Source: Daphnia carinata (Eukaryota). Taken from it: DNA of 64,000 nt. Every line of letters begins with the position of its first letter. Position 1 is the first letter of the stretch. A model generated the notes under the pieces. That model saw only the letters and a list, made by a program, of their open reading frames with translations, had not been told where the DNA came from and ran no database searches. A program made the position numbers and the translations under genes. Of the stretch, positions 47,472 to 61,260 are shown piece by piece. The stretch spans positions 9,052,001-9,116,000 of the forward strand of contig NC_081331.1 of assembly GCF_022539665.2 (NCBI RefSeq). Direction: 5' to 3'.

Positions 47472-48921
47472 TCAGACTGACGTTAAGCATAGCGTCAACA
47501 AAATTTCTTTTAAATTTGAAAAACGGTCTTCACCCACAGTTCCAAAAACGCTGGTATTTGAAATGACGTAATGTAATTCACTATCTAATTTTTGATTCAC
47601 TAATAACGTGTTCAGACTTAGGGCATCTTGTTTGCCGATGGTGACGTCTTGGAAATGTAGCCTTTCTATTTTCCCATTCAACACCTGAATTTTGACCTCT
47701 GAACTTTGACTACCAATTGGACAGCAAAGGGAAAAACATGGGGTCTTCCCATAGATCCATTGCCAGGCTGAGAATGACTGTTTGATCAGGTCCAAACCTA
47801 AAATGTCCAAAGAATATGCATGCTGCCAAGTTATTATTATAACAAAATTACCAGGAAAATTTTCTTCGGACGGAGTTACAAAATCGACTTCTTGAAAACT
47901 TAACGGAGAATTCTTGATGTAATAACATCCTAGTATGTTTATAACTTCATCAACTGATATCTCGGGACAACAAGCTTTGAGGTTCAACGTTGGAGATCGG
48001 ACACTGGGTGTAGAATTACTCTGAATCCCAAGCTTGAATGTTGACAAAATAAAATGATTTTTTAATATGAGGGAGTTTAAACAGGAATGTTTCCATCTTC
48101 ATACCTCATGTACACTCAACATTTGATGTAGTAATGATGCATCAACATCAACAAGGAGAGTACTGTGGACAAAGAAGTAAGAATATTGTTGGTGAGAACA
48201 TACGATAAATCTGTTAAGAAATAATGTTGCTAACCAATGGTGATAAGCATTCCGATGGCCAAGCTTTGATGCAGTTCCAGACACTTTGTAGCTGTTAAAC
48301 AGGATATCTTCTCTAGGTGAAATTGATAGATCTAAATTCCAATGACTTCTGATAGACCCACAAATGGTTTCAAGGTTAGATTTCCTATTGTATCTGGCTC
48401 GTGATGTGAAAAATGAGCAGTTCAAATTGCCTTGATCATGGTACACTGTGCCTCCTATCACAACCACATCTGTCAAAAACATGATTGATAAAAGAAACCA
48501 CAATTGTGACATACCTACCTCCACTATTCCGGCGTGACAAATATACACTGTTCTGTGACAGATTCTTTAAATTTACTTCTAGCCATGGATTTTGATGTCT
48601 ACCGATGACTACACTGTGAAAATGTGATTACATAATGACAGCATACTATATTAAAGTAGAAATCACTAACCATGGTGTATTAACCCACATAAAAAGAAGT
48701 GACTGATTTTCAAAATCAAAATTTTTATAAAACCAATCTTCTAATGCAAGATTCTCGAAGATGTTGGTACTTTTGGAAACAAAAACCAACTTTTTCGATA
48801 CGTCGTCTGTAATACTTCGTGTCGCTATGATAGATACAGGATAATAGAAATTCATATTGCCAAGACGCGTAATTTTTACTTGGTGACGAAGGAGTAAATA
48901 ACTGTTTCGAAAAAAATTCAT
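47472..48921 (-). CDS. LIPT1: Lipoyltransferase 1, mitochondrial
   Basis: SKSTNIFENLALEDWFY, VVIGRHQNPWLE, RRNSG/GGTVYHDQGNLNCSFFT, KVSGTASKLG..AYHH, SVRSP, WQWIYGKTP across six exons. Confidence 0.93.
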
Positions 48922-50079
48922 GGCAGCTTTGCTTGCACGAAACCGAGAAAAATAAAAAAATTATCTATTCGAGAGGTAGATGCAAATAGAGATTGGTTCT
49001 GTGACGTCTGCTAGAAACCGAAAACCGTCGCCAGATGGGGAATTCTCCCCTTGACATGCCAAATTTCCAATGATATTTTATGGCAATAGATTACACGGGC
49101 CTTGGCCCTTGGCCTCGGCTCGCCATGGCAATGTATTTCACGCAAGAAAAGTAGGGCTCAAGCCCGCGTAAAATGTTTTTTTTAAAGCCACTTTTGCAAA
49201 TGTATTTATTTATTTTCTTCGATTTGCCCGAAGTAGGTTCGTCTGTTATTTGGCCCATGCCTCATCCGCGTTTTCAAGTGGGCAATGAAACGGCGCAATT
49301 TACAAAGCCTAGCTCCATTACCTGGTTCGAAACCCCTATATTCCTATTTCTATTCCGTTTACACTGATTTTTTACCCCGGCGTTTGGCACTTTTATTTTA
49401 GTTTCTGCACTATGTAACTTAATTTACAAATTGTATTTCTTAGGAGACTCGTTTTAAATTAGATGCCATTTAAGTCGCCATTTTAAAAAATGGCAGTAGA
49501 CCTACCCGGTTTACGCAGGAAAACCAGCTCAACTTACCCTATATAGCAGATTACCTTGGGCATAACAAAAATGGTGTCTAGACTTTAACACCCAACCCTA
49601 CTTATAGTGGTTTAGCGCCAAATCTGCCCTACCTCTCTTTAAAAAAGTAAATAATAAAAAACTCTGCCCACTGATGGCTTAAAAATAAATCGCCGTTCTT
49701 CTATTCGCGCAGGATACTGTTTACAATATATGGTATACTGCATCCCCGTATGTTGCGCACACTGCGGACTGTTTCAGTATGGGAAAGTGCGGACTGCTGC
49801 CAAATTTTTTGAGCCATCCTGCGGCTAAAAGTCCGCAGTTTGTTCAGTGTGCACTCTGCAATCTGCGTCCGCACTTTACTCTTGTCCCATGTCGTCTTGT
49901 TGACTTCACATTGAGTCGAAAGTCGAACGAACTTAACGACCGTCATCTGAAAGCCCTTATAGTTATAGAATTTTAAGTTGCAACATCTGAGTACTGTATT
50001 AGTAGTATTATACTGAAGACTTATTCTTCAGTTCAGTTTGTGCCACTTGATATTTATACGCCATAATTCAATAATTATT

Positions 50080-52742
50080 ATGATTCTCCAAGAACAGATT
50101 CAAATACTGTTCGATAACAAACTTTTTACAAATATTGTTGCGCTGGTGAGTCAAGATTTTTGAATACTATTTGTTATTCTTTCTAAATTGAGTAAGGAAT
50201 TCCATCGCATGTCGTATTTATTTTAGTCTTTTTTTTTATGCGACCCAACTATCATTAGACATCCAGTTTGCATCTTAGTTAGTTACTCTTACTTTCTCAT
50301 ACTTGCATGTTAGTTACACTTATTGCTGACAATTAATTTATGATCTATCTTGTTGGAAGAAATGCAGATATATATTTGAATTCTTTAGGCTCCAATGGTT
50401 CTTTCAGCAAATGACAACAATCCTGAGCTCTTATCCCCTTCAAGTGTAGCTCAGACAATGGTATATCTAGCAGATTCATTCCTTGAGCAGAAGGAATATG
50501 GTAAAGCGGAAGCCTATTATAGAAAAGCCCTAGATTTACGGAAAACCATATCCAAGCAAAGAGGACTAGGAAGCAGTGCTGCCAAGGAACTTTCTGCAGA
50601 GACAGGTTTATCTGCCCTTTTCTTAAATAGTTTCTTTCTTTTAAATAGTTTTTTTCTGCTGTAATGATTCATAGAGATTCGCTATCAGATGCACATTTGT
50701 CACCTTGCTTTGAAACAACCAGTACAAGCTTTACTGGTATTGCAAGGCATCCCAGCCAAACTACGCTCTGTTAAGGTTAATATGGCCTTGGGTAAATTGT
50801 ATGTAATGAATGGACTTGAGCGCCCAGCCATATCTGCATTCAAAGAAGTAATTCGTGAATGCCCATTGGCCCTTGAGGCCATACTAGCTTTAATTAAACT
50901 TGGGGTTAGCTATGTTGAACTTTTACGTTTGATTTTTAATGGAAGCCCATCAAACAATTTAGATTGGTAAGTATGAAAAAAATTTTAATGGTTAACTCTG
51001 TTTCTTTGTCCCTGTAATTTGAAACTCAAATTTTCAAGGATTGCTCAGTGGATCAAAGGGCAGTGCCACCTTCATTCTTGTGAATATCTTAGTGCTTCTA
51101 CCATATTTTGCCACCTGCAAGATGCATCATTACTAAAAGATGATGTGACAAACTTGATCTCACAAGGAACAACTTTTTTTTTGGCCGGTGATTTTACTAG
51201 CGCCCTTCAGCCACTTCAGCGCGTACGTTTATTCTTCAACATTCAATGAATTCATTTCTAATTTAACAGCTTCATCCTTTGTCGATAAGGCCCACGCTCT
51301 CGATCCTCTATCGTTAAAAGGCATGGATATTTTAGCCGTCGTATTAGCGAATGAAAAAAAAAGTGCAGAGCTTGAAGCGCTTGCGCTCAAGCTCATCTCC
51401 GTTTCCGATTCCAGTTTCGAGTCGTGGGTAAAAGTCTACGTGCAGTTTTAGTGATTTACATCTTTAAACTCTGTCTGAATTTAATTAGGTAGCAATGGGA
51501 TACCATTATCTTCTGTCACGAAAGCTAACCCGAGCTCTATACCTTGCACACAAAGTAAGCAAAATTTTTCAAAGCGTTTCGCAAACCCCTGTAAACAATG
51601 TTAACAAATGAGGTATGTTGGTTGTAGGCATGTACGTGTTGTACACCATCGCCTGGTATTGAGCCTCTTATTCTAAAGGGAACGGTTTTACAAGAGCTGA
51701 AGAAGTGGCCAGAAGCGATAACACATTTCAGGTAATGCTTCACATTAAAAATATTTAACTTCCTTTCATTTTGGGTAATAATTCGTTAGGGAAGGACTGC
51801 AAATAGCGCCACATCGATTCGAAATCTATCGTGGTATCGTTCACTGTTACTTGGCTCTTCAGCGGAGTCGAGAAGCCATGAATATTGCTGCCAGCTCGCT
51901 TCATCACATCGGCCACACACCACGCACTTTCACGGTTAGCATTTTATTTGGATTTGTTCCTTTTTGGAAATGTGCCGCCTTAGACGTCACTATTGATTTC
52001 ATAAATTTCTTCCTAGCTTTACGCATCCGTTCTTCTAAAAGACCCAGTTACAAACGCAAAAGGCAAAGTCTTCCTTGAAAGAGCTTTGAATATGGGTAAA
52101 GCAAATATTATTCAAGTAATCGCAAAAAGCGAATAATGTAAATTCAATATTTGTGTAGATCCCGATACGCGCCTGCCGTGTTTCTTTTAATCGACTCATA
52201 CGAGCAGGTAAGTGTTCGCTGCAAAACTACAGAAATTCTTCTGTACGTATTTTATACCAAATATGTGCAGGCCGGTCAGAGATCGAAAGCTATTGAATTG
52301 CTTAATAAGCAAATTAATCAACAACCGTCAAATCGACTACATCATATATTAGGAGACTTGCTGGTAAAAAACGGGGAGATGGATAAAGCTTTGGAACAGT
52401 ATAATTCCGCGCTTATGTACTATAAAACTTGCTCTTGTATTGATGCCCACTACGATGCAATAATGAGTTAATTGTGGTAATTTTAGGCTTGAGCCGAATA
52501 ATGTGAAAACTATGGAGGCCATAAATAGGCTAGAAAATGCTTTGGTTGCGAAATTAGAAAACCATCTTGATTTGGAAGCAGATGATATTCCCGATTCTGA
52601 CGAAGAGGTAAACACAATTTATGTTGCAGATTTGCAATATCAAATAATATTTTGCATGATTTTTTAGCCAACCATTGAAGAAGTTGACATCGACCCCATG
52701 GGCGGAATGTGGGCCGACATGAACTTGGATCAGTTCAGGTAG
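50080..52742 (+). CDS. ANAPC7: Anaphase-promoting complex subunit 7 (TPR protein)
   Basis: NNPELLSP, YLADS..KEY, KVNMALGKLY..ERPAISAFKEVIRECPLALEAI, LDPLSLKGMD, WVAMG, APHRFE..G.VHCYL, LLKDPVT..K. All checked junctions are in frame except one near 52095/52159 (see findings). Confidence 0.92.
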
Positions 52743-53429
52743 CATGTTCCATGACGTAAAGTTTAAACAAATCGCAAATACATTTCTTCGAGAAAGAACT
52801 GTTCACAATCCTTAGAGAACTAGACTAACGCTTTTATTAAGACAACTCATTTCTTGGTATGGTAAGATGACAAGTCGCGTTTGGCAGTGTAGTTATAATA
52901 TAGGCCTACTTCTCAGTCATTTGGAATATTGCTTACTTCTACCTCTGTTTATGAGAGGCGTACGACTAATTCTTCACAAGTGGCATTGGATGTATGGCCA
53001 CGATTCTCCAATGTTCATTTATTATTATTTATTTTTCATTATCCATGTCCATCGCATTTTGTGGGATGCCAAAGAATTGTTCCCGTGCTCAAATAACTTA
53101 GCTTGCTAATGAGGACACCGAAGCTCAGCAGAGGCTCTGTAGTTCGTTAATCGAATTGATACTACAGCAAAATCAGTTGTATAACTAGACACGTACTGTA
53201 TCCGAATTAAGAGCGTACCGTCGTAAATTTTTCTCATTCACGACTTCATGTTGCCACTACATAGACATGTAAAGTAATAAAGGTATGCGCAATCGTTTCA
53301 GGACGTTTCACTTTTAATCTTCATATATATATATAAATCCACTATCTAGAGAATTTCGAGAACTTTAACAAAGTATAAATTTCTCGGAATCTTGAGGATA
53401 AAAAATATACAACACAGAAAACCATAGGT

Positions 53430-54486
53430 TTAAGCTACCAGTAACCAAAAGATAAAAAGAATTGCAACCCAGAGGAAAAGTTGTGACAAAAATCGTTCAT
53501 CTTCTAAATTGGCAGGATTAGTCCCGTGGGCACCATGACCTACATAAACAGCTATTATGAATTGAACTGTTTTTCGTTAAGAATAACATTTCACCTCTGA
53601 TGACAGGATCACCAAAATTGAAAGTGGAAGCAAACAATCCAAACGGAAAAGCACCAATTCCAAATGACATTTGAAATCCTCCATCAAAACCAAAATTAGA
53701 AAAAGCCTAATATAATTTCAAGAGTTAATTAAAATCGACATCACAGGTTTTGCTCTTTTGAAGGCGTACTAGCGGTAATGATAAAGTACGGTTACGTTAC
53801 AAGAAATGATATCCTTCAAGTTAATAACTTGCTCATTTACATTATGTTAACGTAATTCATATTCCTAATAATCACATACAATTTCAAGTAATACATGCAG
53901 CCTAATGCTGAGCCATTTTCAGTTTAGCACTAATAACACATAAATGCTGTAAAAGAGATCTGGCAAAAAATTATATATTTTAAAAGAACTTTCTTTCACA
54001 TGGGCAAAATTGTGGACAAATAGTCATTACATTAATGAAAAGAAAATAAACATACCCCTGTATTTTCAGGTTCTGTTCTTTGACCTTGTGGCCGAGGTGG
54101 TAATTTTTCCCTTGGATCTTCCTTTGAACCTCCACGACCATATAAAGGGATTACCTTATCTCTACTTATTGCAGCTTTACAGACAGGACAGGACTGCCTA
54201 TTAGGCCTCGTCTCAAGCCATTGATGCAAACATGGCCAGCTTCTCCAACAAAAGATAAATGCAAATAAAAAAACATTATGTTTGCATTACTAAAGCACAA
54301 TATAAAATATTTTTACCAAAAAAGGTGTCCACACATACTAATAACTGCATCTTTTGCTGTATCCAAACATATGTTACATTCAAAGGCTCTTTCTTCTTCA
54401 CCTCTGCCTTCGTTTCGCTTATTCTCTGTGTTTTCACCTCCTGTACTATTTCGTGGAGACGTGTCAGATTCTTCGTCCACAGCCAT
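53430..54486 (-). CDS. RNF5: RING-HC E3 ubiquitin ligase RNF5/RNF185
   Basis: [93 protein letters not shown]-terminal [21 protein letters not shown]5 and RNF185 cannot be distinguished by eye. Confidence 0.93.
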
Positions 54487-55969
54487 TCTAATTCTAGAAG
54501 GTATTAATAGGTCAAAAACCAGTTTTTAAATAAACCATGAGAAGAACACACGAGAATGAAATTGTGTCTTAATAAATAAAATGTTTACTATTAATCGTGA
54601 ACGAATTAAACGCTAAGCTTTTTGTCTTAATTTTGACATCAGTCCAATATCTTTCACAGCAACATTCAGTATGCTACCACTCACTATCCAATACAAACCT
54701 TCAACTACGTCGTAAAGGTTGCCAGTATTCATCAATTCCGCACCACTTTGGTCTGACAAGTGTGAACTGTGAAGTGAAGTGTCAAATCAAAATCAAACAT
54801 TTACAATCCACTGCACAGGTTGCGTTGCATTTGTTTTCAGGTATATGCAAAATTTTTAGCTACCATAATCCAAAACAAATAATTTTTAATTATAAAGTAA
54901 ATCGAGCATTTTAAGCAGTTCTTTTGCTTAGCTGATTTTTTTTTTTACTGTATGACTCTTAGCTTACAAATATAAATTACAGAAAATTTTCAGTTTCCTC
55001 TTGTTTTGTGTTCCCTAACTGACACGTTTTTCTGCAATACGTACTACACATAGACGACTAAAAACACCTAGCATTCACTTAGCTAGAATTTAGGAATCCA
55101 CAAGTTACCATAATGAAAAAGAACATCGTGAATATTTAGAATGTAATTTTACCGTTTATCGCTTTTCGACGTGGCTGCATCGGGCTTCTGAAATAAAATG
55201 GAGGTTTAAGAAATCTTTCGCTTTTGGTTCAGTTACTATTTCACAAGAAAAACGTAAACTCTTTACAAATTTATCTTTTATTATTTTGTGTGGAGATTTC
55301 TACCAAAGGAATTTTCACCAGCAATTTCGTAGAGATTTTTGGTACGCTTTTACTCGAACACATCACTAATCAACGTATTTTGCTCCAGATCCAGTAGGAG
55401 CTAACAATTAAATATTAGAGTATGTCAGCCGCTTATTTTTTTTTCAACTGGTTTGCATTATTATGCAATGGCGAAGCCGATGCTTACTAAAAATACTTCT
55501 TTTCCGTCTCAGCCAACTCCTTTAAACTTTTAAGGATAGTTAAAAATGTAATGTCTTTTAGGTTTCTAGATGTTGCCTTTTTCAAATTTGTTACAGCTAC
55601 GTAAACCGAAATTAATCTAGGTCTACTTTCCGTGGTATCTCTTGCACAAGCAGTTCCTTGTATTCTGCGCATGTCTGTAGAGCACCCTCACCAGGATGTG
55701 ACGGAAATGGTGAGCAGAGCTTGTACCCTGTGCGTTTTACTGCTTACTGCAAGCAGTTGAACGAACCAGTTGTTAGCACTACGGGCCTCTACAACAAGTG
55801 CCCCCAACTCGGCAGTGTGCTAAACAAAAATACCAGTCGGTATTTGAATTTATCCACACTTTTTTATGTGATTCCTGTTAGATTCTGACTCGTAATTTGC
55901 CTGTTACCGGCCACAGATTATACTTTATCATCAGTTACATTTTGGGCTTATGCTAGCATTCCACCTGTT

Positions 55970-58900
55970 ATGGAGATGGCCTACTCATCAAATGGTAAGC
56001 TTAACCTTATACCTAAGTTGGTTCCCTACTCTATGATATTCTTTAATTAAACCTATTTGACATGTTCAAGATTGAGAAGGAACATGTAGGTAAGAAAAGG
56101 GGAAAATTACTAATAGCTTGCAATTTGATTTTCCAGAAATGGAGTTCAAGGAACGTCTGATCAGAACTGTAAAAAAAGAGGTAAGGACTTCTTTCGACGT
56201 TTTCCATATACACAGTAGATGAATTTCTTTGCAATATTTTCATCGTGCCGTAAGGCATGGACTCAATTTCGTATCGATCGCTCCAGCTAAATACGAAGGT
56301 GTCACGCCCTTACCGAAAAAATCATTTTCAGTGAGCACCAAAAGGAATGTTGTCATCATTTGTTTATGTCGCCCTAAATGATAGGGCGAATGAATAACTG
56401 AAGTGTGGTAACACGAATTTCATACTTCGCCGACGTCCAAGGCATCCTGACACTTCATTACATTTCCTATGGCGGCAACTCTGTCACACGCAGCAAATCG
56501 ATCCATCCCCTATCGCAATTCTCGTCTGACTTTTTTTCCCTTACGGTTTCACTGACTTTGCCCTCTGTGTGCGATGAGTTTTATTAGAAATTGAGCTATA
56601 ATTCCATATCTAATTGCTTTGCAATGAAGAGGTCCATATGTATCTACTAAAGGTTTTTTATAGAACATTTATTAACACCGCAATAGAATGAAATGGATTG
56701 TCATCTTGTCACGCATGCGCGCACCGTGTCAATGCCTTAAATGGTGACCTAAAAACATGGCTGAATCATGTATCGAAAGAGGCGTGACATTGGTCAGAAG
56801 ACATTCTGTATTAGAGTTACTTGAATTTGTTACTAACAAAACTTTGCCAATCCAAAGAACAAATTTTCTGGGTTTTTTGTGCCCCAACTACAGTTGACGT
56901 TGTGCTCAAACTGCAGTTCATACGGCATAAGATACAAGAACTTTAGTTCTACATTGCAATATGCCAGCGATGCTTTATAGACTACTTATCCACAATTATA
57001 ACACCCCAAAGAATTATGGAAATAACGGCGCAAAAACAAACTCAACGCCAAAGAAAAATATTTCAAAATATTGTAGGAACAAAATTGCTCGTTGCCCTTT
57101 TTTTGAACTAAAACTGTTACCCAATAGGGAGGAAATAAGGATTCAAAATGCTAGAACAAGGAGATAAAATTCTATACGACGTCAAAGACCACAAAATCTC
57201 TTAACTCTTGGAAGAAGACTTCGTGTTGGGATGGCAGCTGCCAGTTGGTGGGCGGACACAAGAACTTAAAATCTCTATCAATTGCGCTTGGTAAAAACTA
57301 GATGTATGTGAAAATGAGTTTTCTCTTATCCATTTTTGAATAAAATAAGGGTTGCAGTTCTATTTGCATATACTCATTCTCTAAGAGTTTCGATATTGAT
57401 GAAATGAAATCTAAACAACAATTCACTGCTAGTTCGGGGTGGCTAATTCGTAGATTCTGCGGCTGCCTGCATGTCACATCCTCCTACTGAGAAATTAGGG
57501 TTTCTAAGGAAACTAAGGTTAGGGTGGCATCTTTTTAAAAATTATTATTATACCGGCCTCAGCTCCTATATGGAGTATTGTCCAGAACGTATTTGCCGGA
57601 GATATGAGGATTATTGACAGAAATCCTTAGTATGAACCAAAACGAGGTGTAAAAATATGGACTAGATTAAGGAAACCAATATGAAGACACGGATGCCGAT
57701 GATGCTAACACCGATGCAGGACTGATACAGTGGTACAACGTTAATAACATGACAATTTAAAACATGCTTTTACTTTAGATTAAAATTTGTATCTTTAGAC
57801 TAGGCCAGTTATATCGTCTCATAATGTGAAGCTTCGATATCTCTGAGATTATATAAAAAGACAAGTGACATTTTAGATACCTAGGTAGCCTCCGAGTCAT
57901 TGATTTTCTCTTCATTGGGTAATGTTCAGTGCAGGCCGTAAAAGTCGATGTCGTTTCCCTTTATTTTGATCTCGTGTGTCAAAATCAAGCGTGATTTGCT
58001 CCAAGTCGTGGCTCACAACTGAACTTTTTCTTCAAATTTGTATTCGTTTTTGTTAGTTTTGTTATATTAAAAGGCTACGTTACAAAGGGAAAAAAAGTAT
58101 CGAAGTGAAACCTCAAAAAAATGGCAGAATAGCGTATAGAACTGTAAATCCCGTTCAAACGGTAACCAGTACAGAATATCAGTATCCTAAATATCTCTGA
58201 AGCCTTAGCTGTATGGCTTAATGTTTTAACTGGTGGCGTATTTACACTGTTGGGCATAAAATAACCAGCGTGTCACATGTCCTTTTATACATGTTGCATG
58301 TCAGAAATATTCTGACCCTGTGTATAGGAAGAATCGCTTCTATTTCCGTTGGTGTTGGTTTGATGCTTAATGGCCACCAAGTGTTTCAATTAAATTTATG
58401 ATGGAACGCCTTCAGATATAGCTTACGCTGTTCGCCTAAAGTAGCCTATTATCTCTTTTTATTGTTTTAACGGAAGTTAAAATAACAATTGGTGATAATT
58501 AACTGAACCGTACGAAGGGAGTGTTTAGAAAGCCTACTCACTGGTATTTTCGTTATCTTCTCATCAACCACGAATTCAGCGGCAATAGGCAGAAGCGTAA
58601 AATTTGATGAAGTGCCTGGTAGGGCATAACATTCGAAGAAGGAAATGTCAAGAATGGATGTCATAAAAGCGATGGTATTAATATGATTAAAATTGTTTAA
58701 AATTTCTACCTCACAGACAAGTTCACCATAAGGAATCTTGTAAAATCAGAGATCCAGAAGAAACGCGCCTGGGAGCGCAACTTTTTTTAAACGTTTAAAA
58801 TCTAAAACCTAAATGAAACTAACGAGTACCGGATAACCGTTATTTCACATATCTTTATTTTTTTTAAGGGGGGGGGGATATCGGGAAACGCTATAGCGTA

Positions 58901-61260
58901 GGTAAACATGCATTTTCTCACAGGCCCATCAATATCAAGATACATCTAAGGTGTTATTTGAGTTGATTGTTGACCAGGTTCAACGGAAAGGATGAAAAGG
59001 TTCAAAGTAATTTTCTTCCCAATTCAAGTTTAGCTTAAGCGAATTTTATTTTTTCTGAGATCTGTTTTTGTATTGATAGCGACTCATTCTGGTCGATCGA
59101 CCAAACAGAGATGAAAGAGAAAAGCTTGACTAATTGATAGGTGTCCCGTACAAAATCCCCATTAGTGAGTGCTATGGAGTTAAGCGTTGATCCGGTTAAA
59201 TTTAATAGCGTATAAATGGTTGGCGGCTTGGAAGAAAAATAATTCCAAAACACATATTTCATGTCGGTTCATTTTGCTCTAACGACTTCATTCTACATCC
59301 ATTCTTCTTTTGAATGCGTCACTTAATATGGTTGGTCAGAATTGATTCTGTTCGCTATCGCGAATTATGCGTCACCCTCCGTGATTAGCAAATTATGTAT
59401 TATTTTCGTACAAGATCTTTTTTTTCGTGACAAGAGACGAAATATGAATACGACTCTTCGATGTCTTAAGCAACCGTAGCCAGTTTGCCGTAACTGGAAG
59501 TTGTTTCTTGAAAACTGTTTGTAATTAATGCAACAATTTGGAAGAAATTTCTTGTGCATTTGGCTAAGTAAACCCGATATTTGGTCTAATAAAAATATAT
59601 TTATTTTGCAACACGAACAACACAAGTTGAATCCGGTCAAATCGTACATATAAATAAATGTTCTTCCGCCACGTCACTAATTAAGTCGCTAATCAGCGTT
59701 AATCAGCTAGGCCTATTGTACACCGTCTTCATGTCTAGATAGTGAATCAAAAAAGTTTGCTCCGATTATTATGTAGATAAAGAGAATCTTTAAAAAACAA
59801 TTGATTTTATCGCACACAAGAATTTCAAAAATTAACCAGGATTTCGATACATTAAGGTTAAACAGATCATGGAAGAAGCAGTGACCCGCAAGTTTGTGCA
59901 CCAAGACAGCAGCTCCGTGACATCACTATGCGGTAATATGCTTTGCAATCCTTTCGTTTTCATCTCGTGTTTATAACAAACTACGTAACCTGCTACAAAA
60001 AGTGTTAATTTAATAGGGAAAAAAACGTTTTTATTTTGAGTGGTCTATGGTGAAGTAAAATTAATTTTATCATCTAGATGACAGAGCAGTCTGTTCATAT
60101 AGGCCTACGAGAAACTTATAAGAAACAAAGCTTTGGAAATTTTATAGGAAACACCATTTGGACAAGCAGTGACACACTTTTTGATGGCAAAAAAAAACAG
60201 AGGTTTCCCTATTTTGTTTTTAAGGTGTTGCGGTTTAATGAATTGTGTGCACACGTAGCAAAACTAGAACAAGGAAACAAATAAATTGGTTAAAATTGGT
60301 TTTCTGTGAAGCAATATGGCAAAGCGGCTGGGAATTTGCAGTTATTATTTTACGCCAAGGGCATTGCCTAGAGTCAAATAAACTTTTTGCGCCTGAATTA
60401 TCGTAAGTGATTTCGAAGCAATTCGTCGAAATGATGTAATTTGAAAACGAATTGAACAGTTCGAAGATATGTCCTTTTTGCCAATATTTTCACATATCAT
60501 GGCTATCACAACTTTTCTGCATCTGTTTCACTTCGATTGCAATTGCAACACGTACCCTTATTAGTCTTTCAATTTAAGCTTTTTTACGGATGTGGAACAT
60601 TGCTTCCAATACCAACAGCTGTTAAAGCATGGCATTCCCATACTGCTTTTTCCGTAGTCTATAGCCTACGTACTAACTTACTGAATTTTATAGCTCACTA
60701 CAAGCGTGAAAGTGCCTGGCTTTATCTATTATTTAAATTTTTTTAAGCAGGCAGTTCTTCACCTATTTTTACTGGAAACTTTAATCTTAATTGAATCTAT
60801 TACCGCCCATTCGAAACAAAACTAAATTTCTATTACCCTTTTTTTCTTCTTCGTCGTATTTTTATGAAATTAAGTTAAGCGTTGATATAAATGTGCCTAC
60901 ACTGATATCTGCGAATGCATGGTGTTGTCTTTCGACAAAATTTACGACATACCGTTTAGCTTGAACCTTTCATTCACTGGTGGATGTAGTGTCCTATGAT
61001 CCTTTGTTAAAGGGGAAAAACAAAAAAAAACTATTGCTCGTCTTCTACTGAATGTGTCTCCATTTAACCTTCTAAATCTTTTGTTGGTATTTCACAGCGG
61101 CCGTGGAGGGCTGTTTAAGTCATGGACTGCGCAGAAGAGCACTGGGTTTATTTCGTTCATCATCAACAACGGCTTTGATGCATAAAATTGCCAAAGCATA
61201 CCCTCCAGCTGGGACTATTTCCAAACTGATTATAGAAGCCGAATCTGCTGACGGAGTGAA
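55970..61260 (+). CDS. SGSM1: Small G protein signaling modulator (RUN plus TBC family), 5' part only; continues beyond the window or into exons not recognised
   Basis: Exons 55970-55994, 56137-56180, 59857-59932 and 61098-61260 splice in frame to ..[56 protein letters not shown], the SGSM1/2 RUN-domain start. Confidence 0.88.
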
